A stretch of DNA of 64,000 nucleotides, from positions 768,001 to 832,000 of the forward strand of contig OZ245365.1 in the NCBI GenBank assembly GCA_965226495.1. Direction: 5' to 3'. Source of the DNA: Candidatus Marinacidobacterales bacterium. Its GTDB lineage: Bacteria > Acidobacteriota > Vicinamibacteria > Marinacidobacterales > DATDRI01. Below are positions 40,442 through 51,188 of this stretch, piece by piece. The notes under the pieces are model-generated. The model had not been told where the DNA came from, ran no database searches, and saw only the letters and a program-made list of their open reading frames with translations. The first letter of the stretch is position 1, and every line of letters begins with the position of its first letter. The translations under genes were made by a program, and so were the position numbers.

Positions 40442-41209
40442 ATGTCTCCGATGCTGCATCGGCTATGGCCATGTCTCTTTACGCTGAGTGTCCTGGCATG
40501 CGGCGCCCGCGGATCGCCGCCCCATCGAGTCGAGCTGACGATCTCTGCGGCCGCCAGCCTGCGCGAAGTGATCACCGAAGTCTCTAGCGTTTTCGAGCGG
40601 GAGCACGTCGACATCGCATTGCAGCTCAATTTCGCGGGTTCGGGTGCCCTACGCCAACAGATCGAGATGGGGGCGCCGGTCGAGGTTTTTGTCTCTGCGG
40701 CTTCGGAGCATATCGATCGGCTCGCCGATGCCGGGTTGGTGGTCGAGGACAAGCGCCGGATCTTCGCCCGCAACCGCCTCGTCCTCATCGGAGACCGAGA
40801 CGTGGTCCAATCTCTCGACGACCTGACTTCGAAGAGGGTCGAGCGTGTGGCAATCGGAGATCCCCGCTCGGTACCCGCCGGGAAGTATGCCAGCGAGTGG
40901 CTCGAAACGTCGGGCTTGTGGTCCGAGGTCCAAACAAAAGCCGTGCTCACGGGGGATGTACGACAGGTCTTGAGTTACGTGGCGAGAGGAGAAGTCGATG
41001 CGGGAATCGTCTACGCGACGGACGCAAAGCTCTTGGCGCTGGAACCGATCTTGATCGCCGCAAGCCCACCGGCACCGGAAGTCGTCTACGAAGTAGCGAT
41101 CGTAAACCGTAGGGAGGGGAGTCGGGCGCAAGCGCAACGATTCTTCGATTTCCTCGGCTCCGAAACCGTCATTCGCGAGCTCGAGGCCGGGGGGTTCAGC
41201 GCGCCGTGA
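40442..41209 (+). CDS. modA: Molybdate ABC transporter substrate-binding protein
   Basis: SAAASL, FAGSG.L..QI..GAP, VPAGKYA, DAGIVYATD. Confidence 0.92.
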   Translation: MSPMLHRLWPCLFTLSVLACGARGSPPHRVELTISAAASLREVITEVSSVFEREHVDIALQLNFAGSGALRQQIEMGAPVEVFVSAASEHIDRLADAGLVVEDKRRIFARNRLVLIGDRDVVQSLDDLTSKRVERVAIGDPRSVPAGKYASEWLETSGLWSEVQTKAVLTGDVRQVLSYVARGEVDAGIVYATDAKLLALEPILIAASPPAPEVVYEVAIVNRREGSRAQAQRFFDFLGSETVIRELEAGGFSAP

Positions 41210-41865
41210 GCGTCGGTTTCCCTCTTTGGTTGTCTTTGCGGGTGGCTTTCGCCGCGCTCGCGGTGATCGTACCCATCGGGCTCGTGCTCGGATATCTTCA
41301 GGCGCGTCGCGATTACCCAGGTCGTGCACTGGTGGACGTCTTGATCGTGCTCCCCATCGTCCTGCCGCCGTCGGTGACCGGCTACTATTTGATCTTGCTT
41401 CTGGGCCGGAACGGGGTCATCGGCGGGCCGCTCTATGAGCTCTTGGGCGTCTCGATCATATTCACCTTCTGGGCTGCCGTTATTGCCGCGGTAGTCGTTG
41501 CTTTGCCGCTCTTCATCAAGTTTGCGCAAGCTGCATTCAACGGAGTGGATCCGGAGTTGGAAGCGGTGGCGAGAACGCTGGGCGCTGGGCCGATCGCAAC
41601 TTTTTTTCGAGTGACGGTCCCCGTGGCCTGGCGCGGATTAGTAGCGGGAGCGGTGCTTTGCTTCGCTCGGGCCCTGGGCGAGTTCGGTGCGACGCTCATG
41701 TTCGCAGGCAACATACCCGGGAAGACCAACACCATGACGCTCGAGATCTGGAGCTCGTACCAGGCCGGAGATGACGCGCGGGCGGTGATGCTTGTCGCGA
41801 CGCTAACCGTCGTCTCCGTCGCGGTGGTACTGGCGTTCTCGCGGTTGGAAAGAGGGCGATGGTGA
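41206..41865 (+). CDS. modB: Molybdate ABC transporter permease
   Basis: LPIVLPPSVTGY, FARALGEFGATLMFAGNIPG.T. Confidence 0.93.
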   Translation: MSVGFPLWLSLRVAFAALAVIVPIGLVLGYLQARRDYPGRALVDVLIVLPIVLPPSVTGYYLILLLGRNGVIGGPLYELLGVSIIFTFWAAVIAAVVVALPLFIKFAQAAFNGVDPELEAVARTLGAGPIATFFRVTVPVAWRGLVAGAVLCFARALGEFGATLMFAGNIPGKTNTMTLEIWSSYQAGDDARAVMLVATLTVVSVAVVLAFSRLERGRW

Positions 41866-42569
41866 CGGAAACGCCGAAGGTTCTCGACGTGAATGTGACG
41901 ATCCCTCTGGGCTCAGGGCGTGAGCGCACCACCGTCGCGGCCCGGTTTGCGCTGACGAAGGGAATCCTGGTCATCTTCGGCCCTTCCGCGACCGGCAAGA
42001 CCCTGACGGTTCGCGCCGTGGCCGGCCTACGACCCGCTATTGGCGCGATTCGCGTGGGCGGCGAGACTCTTCTCGACAGCGAAGCGCAACGAAACGTTGC
42101 CCCGGAACATCGCCGTGTTGGTTATGTGCCCCAACACGTGGCGCTCTTCCCACATCTCAATGTTCGTGACAACGTGGCGTTTGGCTTGCGGGCGCGTGGA
42201 AACGGAACCGGCTCGCGGCCACTCGCCGAGGAATGGCTGGCGCGACTCGGGGTGGAGAACTTGGCGGATCGTATGCCGCATCGCCTGTCGGGAGGGGAAT
42301 CGCAACGCGTCTCGCTCGCCCGCGCCTTGGCACCAGAGCCACGCCTGCTACTACTCGACGAGCCCTTCGCCAGTCTCGATCTCACGACTCGGCGCGAGAT
42401 GCGCCGCGTGGTGCGGGAAGTTCAAGAGAGCAGCGGGATCCCAATGGTTTTCGTTACCCATAGTCCGCGCGAAGCGATCGAGATGGGGGATCACTTGGTT
42501 CGCTACGGGCTGGGTGGAAGCCAAGAAGAAGGCTTGCCGGGGGACCTCATCGAAAGCGAATCGGAATAG
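41859..42569 (+). CDS. modC: Molybdate ABC transporter ATP-binding protein (short, no TOBE domain)
   Basis: GPSATGKT, LSGGE, LLLDEPF; follows modB. Confidence 0.85.
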   Translation: MVTETPKVLDVNVTIPLGSGRERTTVAARFALTKGILVIFGPSATGKTLTVRAVAGLRPAIGAIRVGGETLLDSEAQRNVAPEHRRVGYVPQHVALFPHLNVRDNVAFGLRARGNGTGSRPLAEEWLARLGVENLADRMPHRLSGGESQRVSLARALAPEPRLLLLDEPFASLDLTTRREMRRVVREVQESSGIPMVFVTHSPREAIEMGDHLVRYGLGGSQEEGLPGDLIESESE

Positions 42570-42572
42570 GCG

Positions 42573-42989
42573 TTAAGCGGCGTCGAAGAATTCCCCGATC
42601 TTGCCCCGGATCTGATCGCGGATGCGCCGGAACTCCTGGCGAATCTCTTCGTCGGAGCCGGTGGCCGCCGCCGGATCTTCGAAGGGCCAGTGAAACCGTT
42701 GCACGTTCCCCGGGTATACCGGGCACACTTCCTCGGCACAGAGCGTGATCACCGTCCCGATTCGATCCGAAGGGATCTCGTCGATCGCCTTCGATCGGTG
42801 CGAGGAAATCTCGATGCCCAGTTCCTGCATCACTTCTCGGGCAAATGGATTGAGGTGGGTGGGTGCCGAGCCGGCGCTGTAGATTTCTCGATCCTTGGGC
42901 GCAACCGCTCGAGCGAGTCCCTCCGCCATCTGGCTGCGGGCGGAATTGGCCACACAGAGAAAGAGGACACCCGTCGGTGAATCTGCCAT
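42573..42989 (-). CDS. arsC: Thioredoxin-dependent arsenate reductase (LMW-PTP family)
   Basis: CVANSARSQMAEG, TLC..E.CP, HWPFEDPA. Confidence 0.88.
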   Translation of the reverse strand: MADSPTGVLFLCVANSARSQMAEGLARAVAPKDREIYSAGSAPTHLNPFAREVMQELGIEISSHRSKAIDEIPSDRIGTVITLCAEEVCPVYPGNVQRFHWPFEDPAAATGSDEEIRQEFRRIRDQIRGKIGEFFDAA

Positions 42990-43101
42990 GGCGGTATTCT
43001 AAACGAAAACACTCAGGGCTTGATGAAGGCGTCGGCGGCGGCAATCCACGACGAGCCCCGCCAAAGTCTGCATACCTGTCAGGGCTCGATCTTTGCCCAC
43101 C

Positions 43102-43459
43102 TATCGCTCAGCAAGGGAGGTTTTCGATGGCGGTTCTCGTCTCCATCCCCTATGGACCTACGAAACCGTAAAGGGCGTGTGGGAAGAGCGCTTCGAGCGC
43201 ACCTACGGTTTCTGGCGAGGGCTCTCAGATGCCTCCGTCGCCAAGTATCTCGATTGTAGCCTTTTCGAATCAGGTTTCGTTCGCGTCATGTGCCGAACTG
43301 CAAAGCCGAGTTCCTCGTAGGCTTCTCGTGCAAGTGTAGGGGACTTTATCCATCTTGTGGCGCGAAGCGAACAGCGAGCCTATCGACCGGCTCGAGTTTC
43401 TCGCCCGAGTGCTCATCCACATCCCAGAGCCCAACAAGCATCTGGTTCATTTCTATGGC
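43102..43459 (+). mobile_element. IS91/ISCR-like element, internally deleted derivative (variant B, 5' part)
   Basis: 5' end resembles 60442; encodes WEERFERTYGFWRG..ESGF..SCKCRG..SCGAKR joined directly to DRLEFLARVLIHIP. Confidence 0.8.
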
Positions 43460-43639
43460 TGTCGTTCATCATTATTAAGCCGCCGGAACCGGAGGCCGTT
43501 CGGCTCGACGAGTGGGGACTGAAAGCGTGGTCGACGCACCCGGAAGGCTTCAGGGATCGCACCGCGAATGGGTTCATCCGCTGGACAACGTATACCTCAA
43601 GAGGTCCGGTCACGCACCATCTGGCCGCCGAAAACTGCT

Positions 43640-44689
43640 CTAAGCTGCCTCGTGCCATTCGTAGCGATGGTGCAGCCCGCCCACTCTCGGAAGCGCAACG
43701 ACTTTTGCGGTCGGTGACGGTCGCGGCGTGACCGATCTCTCGTTCGGCGAGTCTTTGTCGAGTCCCAGGTGACAACGATCCTCGTGATAATAGTCGATGT
43801 AGGACCGGGCGAGTCGGACGAGGTGCCGCTCGCTCAGGACGACGACGCGTTCGAGCATCTCTCGACGACAACTACCGATCCAGCGCTCAGCGGTTCCGTT
43901 TTGCCAGGGGCTGAGAAAAGACGTGCGAACCGGACTCGTTCCCATCGACTTGATGACTTCGACGACGGCCTCGCTGAAGATCGAATCGCGATCGAAGACC
44001 AGATATCGCGGTGCCGTGTCGTATGGAAGCGCGTTACGAAGTTGCTGAATCACCCACGCCGACGTCGGGTTGAAGGTCGGGTTGAAGTGCAAGATATGGC
44101 GACGGCCGTGCTCGATGACGAAGAACCCGTACAGCAGCCGAAGAGACGCGGTCGGGACTGTGAACAGATCCATCGCAACGATGTCGTCCTTGTGGTTATG
44201 CAAGAACGCTACCCATCGCTTCACCTGGTCGGGCTCGGTTGGACGCCGCGGCAAGTATCGCGACACCGTCATCTCGGAGACGATGAAACCGAGCTTCGTG
44301 AGCTCCGCGTGGATGCGCGGTGCGCCCCAACCATCCTGAGCCATCGTCCGGATGAGCCGGCGAATCTCGCCATCCACTCGAGGTCGTCCCAGATAACGCC
44401 TCCGCGAGATCTTTGCCCAGTATCGTCGGAATCGATCCCGATTTCACCGCGCGACCGTGTCCGCGTTGACGATGACCAAGCGACTAGCCCACCCGGGCCA
44501 CGATTGGCGGAGCGCCACCCAGAATTCGCGGTCGGCGTTGTCGAGGAGAGGCCGGGGTCGCTCCTTCTTGAGCATAGCAACCTGTTGCCGTAGCGCGAGG
44601 TTTTCAATCACGAGGTCGGCTCGCCGCCGACACATCGCCCGGATCGCGCGGGCGCCAAGAGACACGAGGACGATGAGAACACGGAGCAT
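43640..44689 (-). pseudogene. Integrase-core (rve) DDE transposase with one in-frame stop
   Basis: ENLALRQQ, WGAPRI..EL.KLG, DLFTV, DRDSIF, PWQNG.AER, GGLHHRY; TGA at 44444-44446 where Trp is expected. Confidence 0.8.
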
Positions 44690-44869
44690 GATGCGGCGGA
44701 GTTTGCCCTCTCCCGCGCGTGATCTCAAGCGGGAAATCCGCCGTCCGGTCGGCACAAGAAGAACTCGTAGGTCCTTGGTTTCACTCGCGGACGAGTTTTG
44801 ATGATGGACAACGCGTTCGGGTGAACTGATGGCCTGAACTTCTGGGCGCGCACGTCCGCCTGGCCGATA

Positions 44870-44946
44870 TATGTCGATAAAAATAGATTTTGGCGACATA
44901 TATTGTTGATATGTCGCTCGGAGCGACATAAGCTTCGGATATGTCG
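44870..44946. promoter_or_regulatory. Array of five TATGTCG boxes, putative Fic operator
   Basis: TATGTCG at 44870, 44910, 44940; CGACATA at 44894, 44924; palindrome TATGTCGCTC-G-GAGCGACATA. Confidence 0.6.
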
Positions 44947-46071
44947 CAAGAACCGAATTCGAGCGACCTGAATCGTTGGCGTCCTGACCGGCCTTACAAT
45001 AGGTTACCCCACCTTCCACCCGCGATAGAGCTAGAGACAAAAGCCGTTCTTAGACAGTGTATTACGGCCCGGGCTGCGCTCGCCGGGCTGCGCCATGCGG
45101 CGGAGCTGATCCCGAATCCGAGCATGCTCATCAACACGTTGCCGATATTGGAGGCCCAGGCCAGCACAGAAATCGAGAACATCGTCACTACCGCTGACGC
45201 ACTGTTCCGGCACCTTCACGGTGAGGGGCCGATGGACCGAGCGACGCGGGAAGCCCTGCGGTACCGGGAGGCACTACTGAACGCCTTTGCGTCGATGAAG
45301 ACTCGCCCATTGTCCACCCGAACGGCCGAATCCATCTGCACTCGCATCCGGGGTGTCGAGATGAGGGTTCGTAGGGTGCCCGGCACGGCGCTCGCAAACG
45401 TCGCCACTGGCGAGGTCATTTATACGCCACCCGAGGGCGAACACTTGTTACGGAACCTGATGGCCAACTGGGAGCGCTTCGTGCACGACGAGAGCTCACT
45501 CGATCCTCTCGTTCGCATGGCGGTGGCCCATTATCAGTTCGAAGCCATCCATCCTTTCACGGATGGCAACGGCCGTACCGGTCGCGTGTTGAACAGTCTG
45601 TTTCTCGTCGAGAATGAGCTGCTCGGACTTCCCATTCTCTACCTGAGTCGATACATCATCGAACGGAAGGCTGAATACCAACGCCTGCTTCTGCAGGTCA
45701 CGCGAAACGACACCTGGGAGCCGTGGCTCCTGTATTTGTTACGTGCAGTCGAAGAAACCGCCGAGTGGACCGTCGCCAAGATCGCGGCCGTCCGAGAGCT
45801 CGCAAGTCACACGAGCGACTACGTGCGTCAGGCGCTACCGAAGATCTACACACGCGAGCTCATCGACGTCATTTTTGAACAGCCCTATTGCCGAATTGGC
45901 AACCTCGTCGCCGCCGGCGTCGCGAAGCGTCAAGCGGCCTCTCGTTATCTCAAGGCACTCGTCAAGACCGGGGTTCTGCGCGAAGAGGTTTCGGGGCGAC
46001 AGAAACTATTCGTCCATCCGAAACTCCTGAGGCTCTTGACGGAGGGAAGCAACGAGCTCGTGCGGTACTAA
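44941..46071 (+). CDS. fic: Fic family protein adenylyltransferase (class II) with C-terminal wHTH
   Basis: HPFTDGNGRTGR catalytic motif; inhibitory STEIEN motif; C-terminal RQAASRYLK.L...G.L. Confidence 0.9.
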   Translation: MSQEPNSSDLNRWRPDRPYNRLPHLPPAIELETKAVLRQCITARAALAGLRHAAELIPNPSMLINTLPILEAQASTEIENIVTTADALFRHLHGEGPMDRATREALRYREALLNAFASMKTRPLSTRTAESICTRIRGVEMRVRRVPGTALANVATGEVIYTPPEGEHLLRNLMANWERFVHDESSLDPLVRMAVAHYQFEAIHPFTDGNGRTGRVLNSLFLVENELLGLPILYLSRYIIERKAEYQRLLLQVTRNDTWEPWLLYLLRAVEETAEWTVAKIAAVRELASHTSDYVRQALPKIYTRELIDVIFEQPYCRIGNLVAAGVAKRQAASRYLKALVKTGVLREEVSGRQKLFVHPKLLRLLTEGSNELVRY

Positions 46072-46383
46072 CAAGCGCGAGCTCCTAGTGCTGATGGCGG
46101 AGATTGCGCCGAAAGTACTCTGTCCGGTGTTGGCCCGTGATCTCTAGCTAAGCTAGCGAGACACTGCGCAATTCCCGCGCAGAGGGCTCGTGGGCTCGCC
46201 GCCAAATCCTTTGACTTTTCAGCGTGTAGTGTGCCAAAACCCGATCGAGCGACTCCATCATTATTAGAAAGCCATTCTCGGCGTTGAGAATGCGGAGACG
46301 GCTGTCGGGAAACGAGGCGAGCTCTGATAGGGTGCCAGCCGTCGGCAAACTGCTTGGGAAACTATATTGGCGTTAAAGTCCGC

Positions 46384-46819
46384 TCACGCCGCGTCTCGAT
46401 AGTAATATCGGAGCGTTCCGCCGAGGCGCTCCCGACATCGGATGCGACCGTCGGACCCCAGCGAATCCTGCGCCGAGCAGATGAGTTCGTTATCGAGACC
46501 TTGATGATTCCTCTCCAGATGATAATGGGCGACGAAAGCGCGGATACTCACGCGGAGATGATTCTCTCCCAAGGGAATCATCCGACTAAGGCACTCGCTT
46601 TTCATGGACCGCACAAAGCGTTCGGCGTAGGCGTTCAAATTCGGACTCCTCGCCGGCAGCTTCACCGTCTCCACGCCGACAGCACCGAGTGTGGCGCAGA
46701 ATGATGCTGAAAAGAGCGGGTCCCGGTCGTGAATGAGAAACCGCGCGTCTCGAAGAAAACCGTCAATGGCGTCGGTCAGGTTTCTGGCCACTTGCCTCAT
46801 CCAATCGTCGTAGGGCTGG
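46384..46819 (-). pseudogene. Integrase-core transposase, C-terminal fragment
   Basis: LIHDRD, PARSPNLNAYAERFV, ERNHQGL, RLGG.L.YY; 5' end cut by an IS91 piece. Confidence 0.8.
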
Positions 46820-47745
46820 AACCCTCATATTCATGCCATCGTCACGCGTGGGGTTTTCCTCTCTAACGGACAGTGGCATCCCATCCCTTACGTCGATACG
46901 CACAAAGCCGAGCTTGTCTTTCGCCATAAGCTTCTCCGATTTCTACGAGACCGGGACCTAATTTCCGAAGAGCGCATCGACCTGCTCCTTTCTTGGCAAC
47001 ATTCCGGTTTCAGCGTTCACAATCACACCACCGTTTATCCCAGCGACACCGAAGGGCTCCATCGCCTCGCTTGCTACTTGCAACGCGCGCCAGTGAATCT
47101 GTCTCGACTTCGTTATCATCCGGAATCGGGGCTCCTTATTTATGAGCCCAAGGCCGGCCACGATGTCGACGACAGCGAGCCTATCGACCCACTTGAGTTT
47201 ATCGCGCGCGTGCTCATCCACATACCGGAGCCGAAAAAGCATCTGGTTCATTTCTACCGGACCTACGCCAACCGCGTTCGTTCGTCGACACCCAGTGTTT
47301 GCGACTCCGCGCAGAAGCAGGCAGAGGATGAACCTTCCCCTCCCCGCCGTGCTTTACGAAAAAGATGGTCAGAGCTTATTTACAAAATCTACGAAGTCGA
47401 CCCTTTGACCTGTCGGCAATGCGGGAATCAGATGAAGATCGTCGCTTTCATCACTGAGCCCGCCGTCATTTGTCGTATTTTGGCTCACCGCAAATACAAA
47501 GCCTCCCGACAAAGAGCTCCTCCCCAGCCAACCCTCAACCTCCACTAAACGCCTACCCCGTCAGGACACACTCTCCCTGTGTCTTGAACCAGCCAACGGC
47601 CTTCGTCCTCGCGACGCCGGCCACCTCGCGAGGCCTTTCTCTCTCGCAACACGTTCGATTTATTTCAAACCATCCCGCGTACGAGGATTTTCCTTCAATC
47701 TAGCCCTCCCGCAGGTTGCTCTCGGGATAGAAATGGCTATCTGTT
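46820..47745 (+). mobile_element. IS91/ISCR-like element, 3' half with conserved end
   Basis: Open frame NPHIH (HUH)...HSGFSV...ACYLQR...DPLTC..CG..MKIVAFI; ends AGAAATGGCTATCTGTT. Confidence 0.88.
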
Positions 47746-48052
47746 ATCTGTCTTCTATGATGAGCGCATCCACGTCCGGCGCTGGCTTGTCCTCGGCTTG
47801 AAAGGAGCCCACGTCGCCGCTGTGGGCGCCATCTTCGGTGGGGCAGAACGCCCTCAAGTGGTCAAGGTGACCGGAAGACGGATTGCGATCCACCTCAGGC
47901 TGCTCTACGATTCGAACCCAGGAGATGATCGGCACGACAAAAAACTCAGAGTCCAGAAGTCAGAAGTCTCGACGGGGGAGGTTGTCGCCGATTCTGACTT
48001 CTGAATTCAGCCGGCCGCCAGGCCGGCATTCTGGGTTTCGTCAAGAAGAAAC

Positions 48053-50680
48053 ATGATCGGTACTACGATCGCCCACTATCGCATTACGGAGAAAATCGGC
48101 GAGGGCGGCATGGGTGAGGTGTATCGCGCCACAGACACCAAGCTCATCCGGGACGTCGCCCTCAAGATCCTGCCGGAGCAGTTCGCCGCAGACAGCCAGC
48201 GCATGACCAGATTCCAGCGGGAGGCAGAGATTCTCGCTTCACTGGATCACTCCAACATCGGCGCTATTTACGGAATCGAAGATGTCGGCAAAACAAAGGC
48301 TTTGGTCCTGCAACTCATCGAAGGTCCTACGCTGGCGGATCGGATTGCCCATGGCCCGATTCCCATGGAAGAGGCGCTGCCGATAGCGCTTCAGATCGCC
48401 GAGGCCCTCGAAGCAGCGCATGAAAAAGGCGTCATCCACCGCGACCTCAAACCGGCCAACATCAAGATCACCCCCGAGGGTCAGGTCAAGGTGCTCGACT
48501 TCGGGCTGGCTAAGGCAATGGAAGATGACCCAAAGCCGTCTCCTGACATGTCAGAGTCGCCGACACTGAGTCTGGCAGCCACCCAGGTAGGTGTGATTCT
48601 GGGGACGGCAGCTTACATGAGCCCCGAACAGGTACGAGGCGCCCCGGTCGATCGGCAGACCGATGTCTGGGCCTTTGGCTGTGTTCTTTTTGAGATGCTT
48701 GCAGGTGAGAAGGCTTTTTCGGGGAGCGACTTCACCGCCGTCGTCAGGGCGGATCCCCAGTGGGACCTGTTGACAGGTGTGACGGTGAGGCTCAGTCGGC
48801 TGCTTGCACGTTGCCTCGCCAAGGAGCCGCGACAACGCTGGCACCACATTGCCGATGTGCGATTGGAGTTGGCGCAGATTCGAGCCGATGGCACGAACGA
48901 AAACGTCCCGTCCTCACCGGCGGACGCTCGCATGCCTCGACGAGCCTATGTCTGGACGGCGACTGCCCTGGTTGCCGGCGCGGCTCTAACCGCCTTCCTG
49001 GGATTTTATCCAACGTCTAACTCGCAACCGACACGCCTGCTGAAGTTCGACTTTGCGTGGCAGGGGCATCTTCGCCCCTGGGACGGTCCCGCCGTTTCTT
49101 CCGACGGCACGATGGTGGTCTACAGAAACTCGGGAATGCTGTGGATTCGCGATCTGGACGATACGCGACCCCGAAAACTCGAGGGAACAGAGGGGGGTGG
49201 CCAGCCCTTCTGGTCACCTGACGGCAACTCCATCGGTTACTTCACCAACCGTCATCTGCACAAAGTACCGACAACGGGTGGGCCAAGTACGACTCTGTGC
49301 CGCTTGCCGGCAGACTTCTGGGGAGGTGCTTTCTGGACGGATAACGGCAGAATCCTGATCGGCCAGGGGCCGAAGGGGATCTTCGAGGTGGCTGAACATG
49401 GCGAGGTGCCGAGACTTGTGCTGGAGCCGGCGGCTGAGTACGGAGACAAATGGCTCTACTGGCCGCGGCTGCTTCCAGATGGGCACAGCCTGATGTTTGT
49501 CAGTCTCAAGGAAGACGGCACCTCGGAAATCGCAGTTGTTTCATCGGGAGATCGCATCTCGGTCGTCCAGCACCCGGAGTTTCTGAGCTGGCCCAGCTTT
49601 GCTGCCACTGGACACATCGTCTACGAACGTGGAGCCTCGACACCTCGCGGAGTGGCCTCCGTGAGTATCTGGGCTCTTCCTTTCGACGGCAATGAACTGA
49701 CCCGAATCGGAGAGCCTTTTCAAATCGTCCCCGAGGGAACCTCTCCGACAGTATCGTCGACCGGCATGCTCACTTATCGGTCCCGTCCCACGACGCAGAA
49801 CAGCCTCGTCTGGGTCAATCGCGATGGAGTTGTTCGGCAAACCATAGGACGGCCGCAAGACCTGATCCGGAACCCGAGCATTGCACCGGACGGAAGCAGG
49901 GTAGCGGTCGAGGGCGTGGACACGAGCGGCTTTGACATCTGGATTCACGACGATTCGCGGGGGACCAAGCAGCGTCTGACCTCGGATCTCTCGGAGAATC
50001 GCCAACCGGTGTGGGCACCAGACGGTCACCGGATTGCGTTTGGTTCTGCCGGGAGCGTGTTTTTGTGTGACGTCTCCAGTGGTGCCCAACCGGAGAAACT
50101 GATCTCGGTCGACGCAGTCGAAGAGATCTATCTGGACTGGAGCCAGGACGGGGAACATCTGATTTTCCACTACATGCCCAGGGATCAGAGTCATCGCGAC
50201 ATCTGGCAGGTCTCCCTTTTCGACAACGCACAACCCATGCCTCTGGTAAGGAGTCCGGGAGACCAGACGCTTCCGCAAATTTCCCCAGATGGACGGCACG
50301 TCCTCTACCAGTCCAGCGAAGCCGGGAACTACCTTCCGGATGTGTTTTTGGTGGAGTTTCCGGGCGGAGGTAACAAGAGGCAAGTGTCGATCGCCGGAGG
50401 AACTCATGCTCGCTGGAGCCCTGACGGTGACGAACTATTCTATGTTGATCCCGCCAACAACCTGGTAGCGGTCAGCTTCGATGCTGAGACGGCAACACTG
50501 GGACGGGCGGTGCCGCTTTTCCGCTCTGCGGACGTCGACACGGACCTGTCGCGAAATCTCCTATCGTTTCTCTACGATGTCGGACCGGGGGCGGACCGCT
50601 TTGTCGTGGTGCAGTCTCCGGGCGGCGGTCGGGTGATGGTGGTCGAAAACTGGATCCGGGAATTCGCGGAAAGGCAGTAA
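48053..50680 (+). CDS. Hanks-type Ser/Thr kinase with TM segment and TolB/PD40 beta-propellers
   Basis: GEGGMGEVY, VALK, HRDLKPAN, DFG, YMSPEQ; repeated WSPDG. Confidence 0.92.
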   Translation: MIGTTIAHYRITEKIGEGGMGEVYRATDTKLIRDVALKILPEQFAADSQRMTRFQREAEILASLDHSNIGAIYGIEDVGKTKALVLQLIEGPTLADRIAHGPIPMEEALPIALQIAEALEAAHEKGVIHRDLKPANIKITPEGQVKVLDFGLAKAMEDDPKPSPDMSESPTLSLAATQVGVILGTAAYMSPEQVRGAPVDRQTDVWAFGCVLFEMLAGEKAFSGSDFTAVVRADPQWDLLTGVTVRLSRLLARCLAKEPRQRWHHIADVRLELAQIRADGTNENVPSSPADARMPRRAYVWTATALVAGAALTAFLGFYPTSNSQPTRLLKFDFAWQGHLRPWDGPAVSSDGTMVVYRNSGMLWIRDLDDTRPRKLEGTEGGGQPFWSPDGNSIGYFTNRHLHKVPTTGGPSTTLCRLPADFWGGAFWTDNGRILIGQGPKGIFEVAEHGEVPRLVLEPAAEYGDKWLYWPRLLPDGHSLMFVSLKEDGTSEIAVVSSGDRISVVQHPEFLSWPSFAATGHIVYERGASTPRGVASVSIWALPFDGNELTRIGEPFQIVPEGTSPTVSSTGMLTYRSRPTTQNSLVWVNRDGVVRQTIGRPQDLIRNPSIAPDGSRVAVEGVDTSGFDIWIHDDSRGTKQRLTSDLSENRQPVWAPDGHRIAFGSAGSVFLCDVSSGAQPEKLISVDAVEEIYLDWSQDGEHLIFHYMPRDQSHRDIWQVSLFDNAQPMPLVRSPGDQTLPQISPDGRHVLYQSSEAGNYLPDVFLVEFPGGGNKRQVSIAGGTHARWSPDGDELFYVDPANNLVAVSFDAETATLGRAVPLFRSADVDTDLSRNLLSFLYDVGPGADRFVVVQSPGGGRVMVVENWIREFAERQ

Positions 50681-50696
50681 ACGGGAAGCAGCTGTC

Positions 50697-51143
50697 CTAA
50701 CCCTGGGCTGAGCCTCCGTAGGTCCCCTTCAAGTACTCTTCGAGCATATCCAGCGACGTGACCAGTTTCTGCAGGCCGCACTGAATCATGAGATTTACGA
50801 TCTGGTATTTGTAGTGCAGTCTCCAGTCGGTGTAGAGACCGACACAGGGTTTGCCGATACCGTGAGCATAGCCGAGTTCCCAGGCCGTGCCACTGTCGAC
50901 GCAGAGGCCATTCAGGTTAGCCACGACCAGGTCGGCATTGGAGATCGCCTCTCTGTCCTCCTCAAAGATTTTGGGAACGTCAGCGGGACCCTTCAGCGGC
51001 GTACCGTCCCGCTGTGGCAGGTATGTCGTGAAGCCGGCTCGCTGCACCCGAGCGTCGATTTCCGTGTTCCACCAACGTTCTCCTTCATTAAACAGGGGAC
51101 CAGCTATGTAAGCATGCACCAGACTCTCTCCTTTTCGTGGCAA
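50697..51143 (-). CDS. Nucleoside 2-deoxyribosyltransferase/N-glycosidase family protein
   Basis: YIAGPLFN, YLPQ, IF..D..AI..AD, DSGTAWELGYA. Confidence 0.88.
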   Translation of the reverse strand: MPRKGESLVHAYIAGPLFNEGERWWNTEIDARVQRAGFTTYLPQRDGTPLKGPADVPKIFEEDREAISNADLVVANLNGLCVDSGTAWELGYAHGIGKPCVGLYTDWRLHYKYQIVNLMIQCGLQKLVTSLDMLEEYLKGTYGGSAQG

Positions 51144-51188
51144 GACCTGTTGGATCGTTCCGGAGTTACGCCGCGTCCGTTTGTTTCG

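Noticed and set aside
40103-40472. Small ORFs with repeated AAGPHPH
   Set aside because: Translations of the hairpin repeat cluster, not credible proteins
43769-44593. 274-aa plus-strand ORF (likewise 46354-46704)
   Set aside because: Antisense shadow of integrase-core transposase sequence
43640-46819. Composite transposon carrying fic
   Set aside because: The two flanking integrase-core genes are dissimilar and no terminal repeats were found
47746-48004. Short ORFs after the IS end
   Set aside because: No recognisable motif; may be another fragment but cannot be supported
48053-50680. Kinase-propeller protein as a novel defence kinase
   Set aside because: Common receptor-kinase architecture; no specific partner evidence
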